Assembly (NCBI GenBank): GCA_023701125.1
Contig: JAMPXO010000003.1
Coordinates: 32,391-96,390 of the forward strand
DNA length: 64,000 nt
Origin: Vicinamibacteria bacterium
GTDB taxonomy: Bacteria > Acidobacteriota > Vicinamibacteria > Fen-336
Reading direction: 5' to 3'
Below the pieces are notes generated by a model. It was not told the DNA's origin. It was given only the letters and a program-made list of their open reading frames with translations, and made no database searches. Both the position numbers and the translations under genes were made by a program. Of this stretch, positions 30,774-38,269 are shown in pieces; position 1 is the first letter of the stretch; each line of letters begins with the position of its first letter.

Positions 30774-31709
30774 CTACCGTTTCCCCCTGGAGTCCTTGGT
30801 GGCGAAGTAGCGCACGACCCGCGGCCACAGGAACACGAGCGGCCAGCGGCGCTCGCGCGGGGTCAGCTCGATCCGCTGCCCCGTGTGGCGCTCCGCCTTG
30901 CGCACGATGTAATCGAGCCAGTCGTCGAAGGTGACGACGTACTTGGCCCAGCGCAGCGTCGCGCGCAGGCGCGAGCGCTGGAAGAAGATCCACAGCCGGG
31001 CCCGCTCGGCCGAGCCGACCCGCCGCACGAGCGCGAAGCGGCCCGGCGCGACCTCGCGCAGTGCCCCCCGCGCCGCCGCCTCGGCCAGCACCGGGGCGAA
31101 CGCGGGCACCTGCTGCACCCGCTGCGCGTTCCACAGTGCCTCGGCGCGCCCGGCGGGCTCGGGCCGGATCTCGTGCCGCATCGAGACCTGCAGCGCACGA
31201 TGGCAGAACTGCTCGGCGTCGAAGCTCTCCGGCAGCCACGGCCGCGCCCAGTCCAGGGTCACCCGCCGTGCCTCGGCCAGCGCCGTGTCCGCCGCGGTCC
31301 GGGCCTGCTCGTCGGCGGCATAGACGATCGACGCGGGCTGGAACAGCCGCCCCGCGCAGAAGTGGTCGTGGCGGCGTGGCCCGGTCTCGCGCACGAGCGT
31401 CGCCAACTGGATCACCGCGCACTTCGCCGTGCGCTCGCCCGCGCGGACCCGGACCTGGTTGGGCGCCAGTACCGCGTTGATCGAAGCCGCCAGCCCGGGC
31501 GAGCGCCGGTAGGCCCCGGCTCGAACCAGCGCCTCGTAGAACGGGGCGTAGTCGGAGACCGCGACGAAGAAGTCGTAGCCGCTGTGGGGATCCGTCGGCG
31601 TGCCCGTGCGACGCGAGCCGAAGAACACGATCGCCCGCACGGCCTCCCCGCCGACCCGGGCGACCGCCGCGGCGAGGTCGCGCGCGTCCGGGGCCACCTC
31701 GCCCACCAT
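30774..31709 (-). CDS. Tam41/Mmp37-like nucleotidyltransferase (putative CTP:lipid-phosphate cytidylyltransferase)
   Basis: Real start 'MVGEVAPDARD' in the second half of ORF 30774..32582. NTase-fold motif 'FFGSRRTGTPTDPHSGYDFFVAV' and a later 'AKCAVIQLATLVRE' resemble eukaryotic Tam41 ('FGYGSGVF...DIIL', 'VKYGVVSMETLLKD'). The family call is by eye. Confidence 0.5.
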   Translation of the reverse strand: MVGEVAPDARDLAAAVARVGGEAVRAIVFFGSRRTGTPTDPHSGYDFFVAVSDYAPFYEALVRAGAYRRSPGLAASINAVLAPNQVRVRAGERTAKCAVIQLATLVRETGPRRHDHFCAGRLFQPASIVYAADEQARTAADTALAEARRVTLDWARPWLPESFDAEQFCHRALQVSMRHEIRPEPAGRAEALWNAQRVQQVPAFAPVLAEAAARGALREVAPGRFALVRRVGSAERARLWIFFQRSRLRATLRWAKYVVTFDDWLDYIVRKAERHTGQRIELTPRERRWPLVFLWPRVVRYFATKDSRGKR

Positions 31710-31714
31710 CGCGC

Positions 31715-32548
31715 TCAGGCCGGAAGCGCGGGCTGACCCGCCGCCGCGCCGCCCTCGGGCTCGCGGCCGCGCATCTGCGCCAGGTGCGCCCGCATGCGGG
31801 CCTCGATCTGCTCCACGAACGCCGGCAGCACCGCGGGGTCCGTCGGCGCCTCGAGCACCGCCGCGACCTCGGTCCGGCCGCGCAGGTGGTGGACGTTGGT
31901 GACGAAGTCGACGAAGGTGCGCGCCTTCCAGAAGCCGTCGGTGACGACCAGCGTGACCGGGGCGCCGGGCTGCTCGCGCAGGATCGCCAGCAACCCGCCC
32001 GTGCGGAAGCCGCCGAGCTCGCCGTTCTTCGTCCGGTGCCCCTCGGGGAACAGCGCGAAGGTGCGGGCCTGGGTCGCGGCCAGCCGCGTCAGCAGGTCGA
32101 CCGCGCCGCGCGCGTCGCGCTTCGGGTCGATCCTGGGCCCGTCGATCAGCCAGATGCCGCCGCCGACCAGCGGGACGTACCAGTGCCCGTAGCGCTGGCG
32201 GGCGATGAAAGCCGGGATCGCCGGGCTCGCCATCAGGCTCAGCGCGGGGATGTCGAGCAGCGACTGGTGGTTCATCACGACCAACCCGCGGCCGCGGGTG
32301 TCGACCTGGCCGACGCGGACGAAGCGGGCGCCGCCCAGCTTGAAGAAGAAGAAGATCCCGGTGCACGTCATGCGGAAGTACCAGAGCGCGATCCGCGACC
32401 GCCAGCCGGGCAGCAGCGCGCAGAGCGGGATCGCGAGCAGGTACATGATCGGCCCGCACGGGAACGCCATCCAGCTCAGCACGAGCAGGAACGAGACCGC
32501 GCTGCGGACCTGACGCAGGCGTTCGACGAACGACACGCCAGCCGTCAC
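31715..32548 (-). CDS. PlsC/LPLAT-family acyltransferase
   Basis: GTG at 32548 (GTGA overlap with the kinase stop). Acyltransferase motifs 'NHQSLLD' and 'FPEGHRT'. The upstream 120 codons of ORF 31715..32905 are an artefact. Confidence 0.75.
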   Translation of the reverse strand: MTAGVSFVERLRQVRSAVSFLLVLSWMAFPCGPIMYLLAIPLCALLPGWRSRIALWYFRMTCTGIFFFFKLGGARFVRVGQVDTRGRGLVVMNHQSLLDIPALSLMASPAIPAFIARQRYGHWYVPLVGGGIWLIDGPRIDPKRDARGAVDLLTRLAATQARTFALFPEGHRTKNGELGGFRTGGLLAILREQPGAPVTLVVTDGFWKARTFVDFVTNVHHLRGRTEVAAVLEAPTDPAVLPAFVEQIEARMRAHLAQMRGREPEGGAAAGQPALPA

Positions 32549-33438
32549 GGGACCAGCACCTCCAGCGCGGCCGGCTCGACATGCACGTCGAGGGTGTCTG
32601 CGTGGGCGCGGTTCCACTCGCCGTCCGTCTCGTAGGTCGGCGCCGTCTCGAAGCGCAGCCTGAGCCGCGCGGGCTGGCCCATCTTCACGTCGGGCGCCTG
32701 CTCGTGGGTCCCGCGCAGCAGCTTGCCCATCAGCGAGAGCCGACGACCGAGGCCCATGTTGGCGAAGGCGACCGAGTCCAGCCGGCCGTCGCCGAGGTCG
32801 GCCCCGGGCGCAATCTTGAAGGCGCCGCCGAACACCCGCGCGTTGGCGACGATCAGCATCAGCAGGTCGTGGGCCTGCTCGGGCTGGTCGTCCGCGGTGA
32901 TCCACACCCGGAAGCCCGGGAAGTTCCGCAACTGGCGCAGCGCGCAGTACAGGTAGAGCAGGTCACCCTGCAGCCGGGTCACCGTCCACGAGTCCTCGAG
33001 CACGGCGACATCGAAGCCGAACCCGAGCACGTTCAGGAAGCGCTTGCCTTCGACGACGCCGACGTCCACGCGTCGCGTGCGTCCCGCGGCCAGGATGTGC
33101 AGGCACTGCCGCAGGTCCTTGCCCGGGATGCCCAGCGTCTTGACGAAATCGCAGCCCGTGCCGCCGGCGATGAAACCGAGCCGGGTCGGCTTGCCCGCCT
33201 CGAGCACGCCGTTCGCCGCATTGCCCCAGGTGCCGTCGCCGCCGACCGCGACGATCGTCCCGAAGCCCCGCGACGCCGCTTCGCGCGCCAGGCGACGCTC
33301 GTCGCCCGGCGCCTCGGTCAGGCCGTGGTCGACCTCGAAGCCCTGCGCGCGCAGCCACGAGGTGACCGGCTCGATGAGCGTGGCGCCGCGCCCCTTGCCG
33401 GAGCGCGGGTTGAACACGACGTAGTAGGACGCGGCCAC
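32545..33438 (-). CDS. DAGK_cat/LCB5-family lipid kinase (YegS / sphingosine-ceramide kinase-like)
   Basis: Glycine-rich loop 'VAVGGDGTWGNAANG' plus the C-terminal YegS-like domain. Confidence 0.75.
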   Translation of the reverse strand: MAASYYVVFNPRSGKGRGATLIEPVTSWLRAQGFEVDHGLTEAPGDERRLAREAASRGFGTIVAVGGDGTWGNAANGVLEAGKPTRLGFIAGGTGCDFVKTLGIPGKDLRQCLHILAAGRTRRVDVGVVEGKRFLNVLGFGFDVAVLEDSWTVTRLQGDLLYLYCALRQLRNFPGFRVWITADDQPEQAHDLLMLIVANARVFGGAFKIAPGADLGDGRLDSVAFANMGLGRRLSLMGKLLRGTHEQAPDVKMGQPARLRLRFETAPTYETDGEWNRAHADTLDVHVEPAALEVLVP

Positions 33439-33466
33439 GCGAACGTCCGTCGACGCGCCCGCCCGC

Positions 33467-34135
33467 TCAGGCCGTCTGCAGCGTGAGCAGCGGGTCGAAG
33501 GTCTGCTTCCCGTTCCGCATCCAGATCTCGCGGAACGGCATCGTCGCGACCTCGCCGATCGACAGCGCCCGGTTGAAGGGATGGTCGTGCAGGACCAGCG
33601 CCCCGGTCTCTTCTTCGTGCTCGCTCTGCTCGCCCTGCATCACGATGTTGGCCTGGTAGGCCCCGGAGTCGTCCTTCATGAAGGACTGGTAGAGCTGGTC
33701 CACGGGCTGCCAGGAGTGCTCGCCGATCGACAGGTCCGCGAGCGGCGTGCCGTCGAGGGTGACCTTCGCCGCGAGCGCGCGCTCGGCGCGCACCCACTCG
33801 ATGCCGACGTCCTCCATCCAGTGCGGCAGGTGCCAGCGCTCGATCGCGTGCTCGCGCGCGGCCCGGGTCGTCGTGCCGACCATGTAGGGGTACAGCGCGA
33901 ACTTGGGCAGCCGCTCGCCGGCCTTGACGATCGGCGCGACCATCACCGACATCACGACCTCGCCGTAGGGACCCACCGAGCTCTGGTCGAAATCGAAGCA
34001 GGTCATCGCGAAGATCGACGTGCCGTGGTGCAACTCGGCCAGTTGCAGGTGATCGGGCACGATGCGCCGCGCGTTCTCGGTCGGAAACTCGAAGAAACCG
34101 GCGATGACGTCGGCGTAGCCGTAGACGGTCTTCAA
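33467..34135 (-). CDS. hypothetical protein (possibly acetoacetate-decarboxylase-like fold)
   Basis: In-frame C-terminal 222 codons of ORF 33467..35296, whose N-terminal half overlaps the SPT-like gene out of frame. TTG start at 34135 makes a TTGA overlap with the SPT-like stop. The family guess is weak. Confidence 0.4.
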   Translation of the reverse strand: MKTVYGYADVIAGFFEFPTENARRIVPDHLQLAELHHGTSIFAMTCFDFDQSSVGPYGEVVMSVMVAPIVKAGERLPKFALYPYMVGTTTRAAREHAIERWHLPHWMEDVGIEWVRAERALAAKVTLDGTPLADLSIGEHSWQPVDQLYQSFMKDDSGAYQANIVMQGEQSEHEEETGALVLHDHPFNRALSIGEVATMPFREIWMRNGKQTFDPLLTLQTA

Positions 34136-35415
34136 CGGATGATGCCCTCCTCGCGGAGCACGCCCGCGATGACGTGAACGGCCGTCTCGAGATCCTCCTC
34201 GCTGTGCGCCGCCGAGACCGAGACGCGAAGCCGCGACTTGTGCTTCGGCACGGCCGGGTAGGTCACGGGCTGCAGGAACAGGCCACGGTCCTGGACCTTC
34301 TCGGCGACCGCGAACACGCGAGCGTCGTTGTTGACCATCACCGGCATCACCTGCGAGGTCGACTTGCCGATGTCGACGCCTTCCTCCGCGAAGCGGCGGC
34401 GCAGGTAGGCGACGTTCGACCACAGCTTGGTGCGGAGCTGCGGCTCGGACTGGGCGATGCGCAGGCCGGCCAGCAGCCCGGCCGCGACGGGCGGCGCCAG
34501 GTTGCAGGAGAAGAAGCGCGAGCGGCCGAAGGCGTTGACGTAGTCGATCAGGTCGCGGCTGCCGCACACGAAGCCGCCCTGCCCGCCCAGGCTCTTGGAG
34601 AACGTGCCGAGGTGGAAGTCGATCTCGTTGTCGAGCCCGAAGTGCTCCGCCACGCCGCGGCCGTTGGGGCCGAACAGGAACGTGGAGTGCGCCTCGTCGA
34701 TCAGGATGCGAGCGCCGTGGCGCTTGGCCACCTCGACGATCTCGGGCAGCACGCAGACGTCGCCGTCCATCGAGTAGACGCCCTCGACCACGACCAGCTT
34801 CTTGCCCTTGGCCTTCTGCAGCTTGCGCTCGAGGTCGAGCGGGTTGTTGTGGCGGAACCAGAGCGTGTTCGACTTGGCCAGGATCGCGCCGTCGACGATC
34901 GACGCGTGCGAGTACTGGTCGAGGATGATGTAGTCGCCCGAGCGCATCAGCGCGGCGATGAAGCCCACGTTCGCCGAGTAGCCGGTCGGGAACAGGATCG
35001 CGGCTTCCTTGTCCTTGAACTCGGCCATCTCGCGGGCCAGGTCGAGGTGGACCTGCAGGGTCCCGGACAGCATCGGGGAGCCCGAGGCGCCCAGGCCGTA
35101 GAGGTTGGTGGCATCGATCGCCGCCTGCTTGACCTCGGGCCGGTAGGAGATGCCCAGGTAGTTGTAGGAGGCGAGGTTGATCAGGTCCTGGATGCGGCCG
35201 GTCTTGCGGTTGCGGACCCTGACCCGGGACTCCGGGGCGGTCTGCAGCGGCTCGGAGTAGAGGTAGTAGCCGTTCGGCAACGCCTCGCGATACCACTCGT
35301 TGAACGGACCGAGCAGGTTCAGCGGGTCGTCGCCCGCGCCGTAATAGAAATTGCTGTAGTCGTACTCGGCGAACGTCGACGACTTCCCGGGGTCCTTGCC
35401 GTGGACCGGATCCAT
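34132..35415 (-). CDS. alpha-oxoamine synthase, serine palmitoyltransferase-like
   Basis: ATG at 35415 ('MDPVHGKDPG'). 'FGPNGRGV', 'EGVYSM' and the PLP-lysine motif 'GTFSKSLGGQGGFV' match Sphingomonas SPT ('GTFSKSVGTVGGFV') better than KBL/BioF ('GTLGKALGGASGGY'). Confidence 0.75.
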   Translation of the reverse strand: MDPVHGKDPGKSSTFAEYDYSNFYYGAGDDPLNLLGPFNEWYREALPNGYYLYSEPLQTAPESRVRVRNRKTGRIQDLINLASYNYLGISYRPEVKQAAIDATNLYGLGASGSPMLSGTLQVHLDLAREMAEFKDKEAAILFPTGYSANVGFIAALMRSGDYIILDQYSHASIVDGAILAKSNTLWFRHNNPLDLERKLQKAKGKKLVVVEGVYSMDGDVCVLPEIVEVAKRHGARILIDEAHSTFLFGPNGRGVAEHFGLDNEIDFHLGTFSKSLGGQGGFVCGSRDLIDYVNAFGRSRFFSCNLAPPVAAGLLAGLRIAQSEPQLRTKLWSNVAYLRRRFAEEGVDIGKSTSQVMPVMVNNDARVFAVAEKVQDRGLFLQPVTYPAVPKHKSRLRVSVSAAHSEEDLETAVHVIAGVLREEGIIR

Positions 35416-35545
35416 AGGGCGGTCTCCTTGTGCGCCACGCACCACCGGCACGCGGCAGCGGGATTCTACCAGCCCCGGCCAGCGGCCGGAAGCGCCCACT
35501 GCGGCAAATCGCCGGACGGCTTGGACTTGCGGCGCAGGGAATGCG

Positions 35546-36343
35546 TCAGCGCGGTCGGAACAACTCCCCCGCCAGGCGCCGGGTCAGGCTGCGTGGCACC
35601 AGCGACTGGGCCGCCACGGTGAGCCGGTTCTGCAGGCCGGGGATCACGACCAGGGTCCCCCGCTCCAGGCCGGCGAGCGAGGCGGCCACCACGTCCTCGG
35701 GAGGACTGGCCGGGGTCTTGTCGAACAGCACCTTGTCGGTGCCGGCGACCTGCTGGAACTCCGTCTTGATGTTCCCGGGACAGAGCGCCTGGACGCGGAC
35801 GCCGGTCCCCTCCAGCTCCACTGCCAGCGACTCGGTGAACGAGAGCAGAAACGACTTGGAGGCGGCGTAGACGGCGAAGAACGGCACCGGCTGGAACGCG
35901 GACATCGACACCACGTTGACCACCCGGCCGCGACCGCGGGCGGCCATCGCCGGCACCAGCCGCGCGCACAACTCCACGGTGGTCCGCACGTTCAGGTCGA
36001 TCACCTCCAGCGACGCTTCGACGGGACGTTCGACGAAACGGCCCGTGTCGCCGCGCCCCGCGTTGTTGACGAGCAGGTCGATCTCCCGACCCCGCTTGCC
36101 CAACTCGGCCTCCAGCCGCGCGGGGCCTTCGGGTCGGGCGAGGTCCAGGGTGATGACGTCCACCTGGTCTGCCCCGCCGAGTTCCTCCTGCAGAGCCCTC
36201 AGCCGTTCGACCCGCCGGGCCACCACCACGACCCGCTCGCCGCGGCTGACCAGGGCGCGCGCGAAGGCGGCGCCGATCCCGCTCGACGCGCCCGTGACCA
36301 GCGCCCAAGGCCCGTCCGCCGACTTGTTTCGCCCTCGCGCCAT
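35546..36343 (-). CDS. classical SDR oxidoreductase (3-ketodihydrosphingosine reductase-like)
   Basis: 'MARGRNKSADGPWALVTGASSGIG', 'NNAG' and 'YAASK'. It is the in-frame part of ORF 35546..37183. ORF 35466..36371 is the wrong frame. Confidence 0.75.
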   Translation of the reverse strand: MARGRNKSADGPWALVTGASSGIGAAFARALVSRGERVVVVARRVERLRALQEELGGADQVDVITLDLARPEGPARLEAELGKRGREIDLLVNNAGRGDTGRFVERPVEASLEVIDLNVRTTVELCARLVPAMAARGRGRVVNVVSMSAFQPVPFFAVYAASKSFLLSFTESLAVELEGTGVRVQALCPGNIKTEFQQVAGTDKVLFDKTPASPPEDVVAASLAGLERGTLVVIPGLQNRLTVAAQSLVPRSLTRRLAGELFRPR

Positions 36344-36517
36344 GCCGCGTCCCTCTTCGGCGAGCGCCCACCCGGAACCGCGGGTCCGTCGCGCTCGTCG
36401 CGGGGCGACAATAGCAGACGGTCCCGCGGGCTTTAGGCTATGCTCCGCCTTCCGCCGCGGGCCGTCGGCCCGGGTACCAAGGGCGCCCCGAAACCGAAGA
36501 GACCTCGAAGACCCGCA

Positions 36518-37624
36518 ATGGCCAACCTCGCCGCCGCCAACGTGATGCACCGCAAGACCCGGACCCTCGTCTCGGTGCTGGCGGTGGCGATGGAAGTCGC
36601 GATGGTGATGGTGCTGGTCGGGCTGGCCAGCGGCACCCTGGGCGAGATCGCCGACCGCCTCCAGAACGTGGGGGCCGACGTGCTGTTCCAGCCGCCGGAC
36701 GCCTCGCTGCTGCTGGGCGCCACGGCCGCCGTGATGCCGGTGAAGTACATCGACATCATGAAGACCGTCCCGGGCGTGGTCGAGGCCACCCCCGTGCTCA
36801 ACTGGCACGTCTCCAAGGTCAAGGGCGAGACCCGGGCGATCAACCTGTGGGCGATCGACTACCCCTCCTTCACCCGCATCTCGGGCGGCTTCGACCTGCT
36901 CGAGGGCCGCGGCCTTGAGCAGCCCCACGACCTCGTGATCGACACCGTGCTGGCCAACGCCAGCGGCCTGCAGGTCGGCGAGGCGATGCCGATGATGAAC
37001 CGCGAGTTCCGCGTCGCCGGCATCTGCCGCGCGGGCGCGGGCGGCCGGCTGTACGCCCGCATCGAGGACGTGCAGGAGGCGATCGGGGAGCCGGGCAAGG
37101 CCTCGTTCTTCCTGGTCAAGGGCACCGACTCGAAGCAGGCCGACGCGCTGGCGCAGGCGCTCCAGGAGAAGTTCAAGGGCCACAAGATCACGCCCGTCGC
37201 CCAGGTTTCGAGGGCGATGCAGGAGAACGCGATCGGCCTCCAGCAGTTCAAGGAAGCGCTGACCGGGATGGCCGTCATCATCTCGTTCATGGTGGTACTG
37301 CTGGCCATGTACACCACGATCATCGAGCGCACCCGCGAGATCGGCATCCTGCGCGCGATCGGCGCGACCCAGGGCAAGGTCGTGCAGTACGTCGTGGCCG
37401 AGAGTTTCCTGATCTGCCTGGCCGGCGTGCTGCTCGGCAACGCACTGGCGGTCAGTGCGCAGTGGCTGCTACCGAAGATTTTCCCGATGCTGAACATCGC
37501 CTTGAGCCGCGAGTGGGCGCTGATCGCCGCCGCTCTCGGCCTCGTCGGCGGGCTGCTCGGCGCGATCTACCCTGCGATCAAGGCCGCCCGCCTCGACCCC
37601 GTGCAAGCACTCAATTTCGAGTAA
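36518..37624 (+). CDS. FtsX-type ABC permease (LolE/MacB-like) with no cognate ATPase nearby
   Basis: ATG at 36518 ('MANLAAANVMHRKTRTL'). Four transmembrane segments plus a periplasmic domain. Confidence 0.7.
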   Translation: MANLAAANVMHRKTRTLVSVLAVAMEVAMVMVLVGLASGTLGEIADRLQNVGADVLFQPPDASLLLGATAAVMPVKYIDIMKTVPGVVEATPVLNWHVSKVKGETRAINLWAIDYPSFTRISGGFDLLEGRGLEQPHDLVIDTVLANASGLQVGEAMPMMNREFRVAGICRAGAGGRLYARIEDVQEAIGEPGKASFFLVKGTDSKQADALAQALQEKFKGHKITPVAQVSRAMQENAIGLQQFKEALTGMAVIISFMVVLLAMYTTIIERTREIGILRAIGATQGKVVQYVVAESFLICLAGVLLGNALAVSAQWLLPKIFPMLNIALSREWALIAAALGLVGGLLGAIYPAIKAARLDPVQALNFE

Positions 37625-37654
37625 CTCCGAAAAGGACTTGGCCCCTTTCAGCTC

Positions 37655-38269
37655 ATGAAACTTCTCAATACCCTGATCGAGAAGGTCTCCGACCACCCGG
37701 TGCTGTTCATCTTCTTCCGGGCGATCCTGGAGAACGATTTCAAGGCGATCCGTGCGGTGATCCGGCGCGAGTTGAACCTCGGCCCCGGCCAGCGGACCCT
37801 GGACCTCGGCTGCGGGCCCGGCGCCTTCTCGGACCTGTTCGAGAAGCACGACTACGTCGGCGCCGACCTCAACAAGCGCTACATCGACTACGCCCGCGAG
37901 CACCGCCGCGGCACGTTCATCGCCTCTGACGCGCGCAAGGTGGACCTGCCGGACGCCCGCTTCGACCAGGTGCTGATCTTCGGCCTGCTCCACCACCTCT
38001 CGGACGAGGACACGCGGGCCGTGTTGTCGGAGGCGCGGCGCATGGTCGTCCCCGGCGGCGTGATCCTGGCGATCGAGGACATCCCGGCCCAGCATCGGCT
38101 CAACCTGATCGGCCACCTGCTGCACGCGATCGAGAACGGCGAGCACATCCGCCCGACCGCGGACTACAAGGGGCTGTACGCCGAGGCCGGCACGATCGAA
38201 CTCGAAGAAGAACTGCGCAGTGGCGTCTGCGACTACTACGTCGCGCGGATTCGCACGCCCAGGGTGTGA
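37655..38269 (+). CDS. class I SAM-dependent methyltransferase
   Basis: Motif I 'TLDLGCGPGAF' and motif II 'DQVLIFGLLHHL'. Confidence 0.7.
   Translation: MKLLNTLIEKVSDHPVLFIFFRAILENDFKAIRAVIRRELNLGPGQRTLDLGCGPGAFSDLFEKHDYVGADLNKRYIDYAREHRRGTFIASDARKVDLPDARFDQVLIFGLLHHLSDEDTRAVLSEARRMVVPGGVILAIEDIPAQHRLNLIGHLLHAIENGEHIRPTADYKGLYAEAGTIELEEELRSGVCDYYVARIRTPRV

Noticed and set aside
33467-35296. Full-length 609-aa call for ORF 33467..35296
   Set aside because: The N-terminal two-thirds overlap the SPT-like gene out of frame and are low-complexity. Only the last 222 codons (TTG 34135) look like a genuine protein.
35466-36371. ORF 35466..36371 (-), 301 aa
   Set aside because: It is the wrong frame of the SDR gene. 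The Gly/Arg-rich translation lacks the TGxxxGxG and YxxxK motifs, which appear in the 35546..36343 frame.
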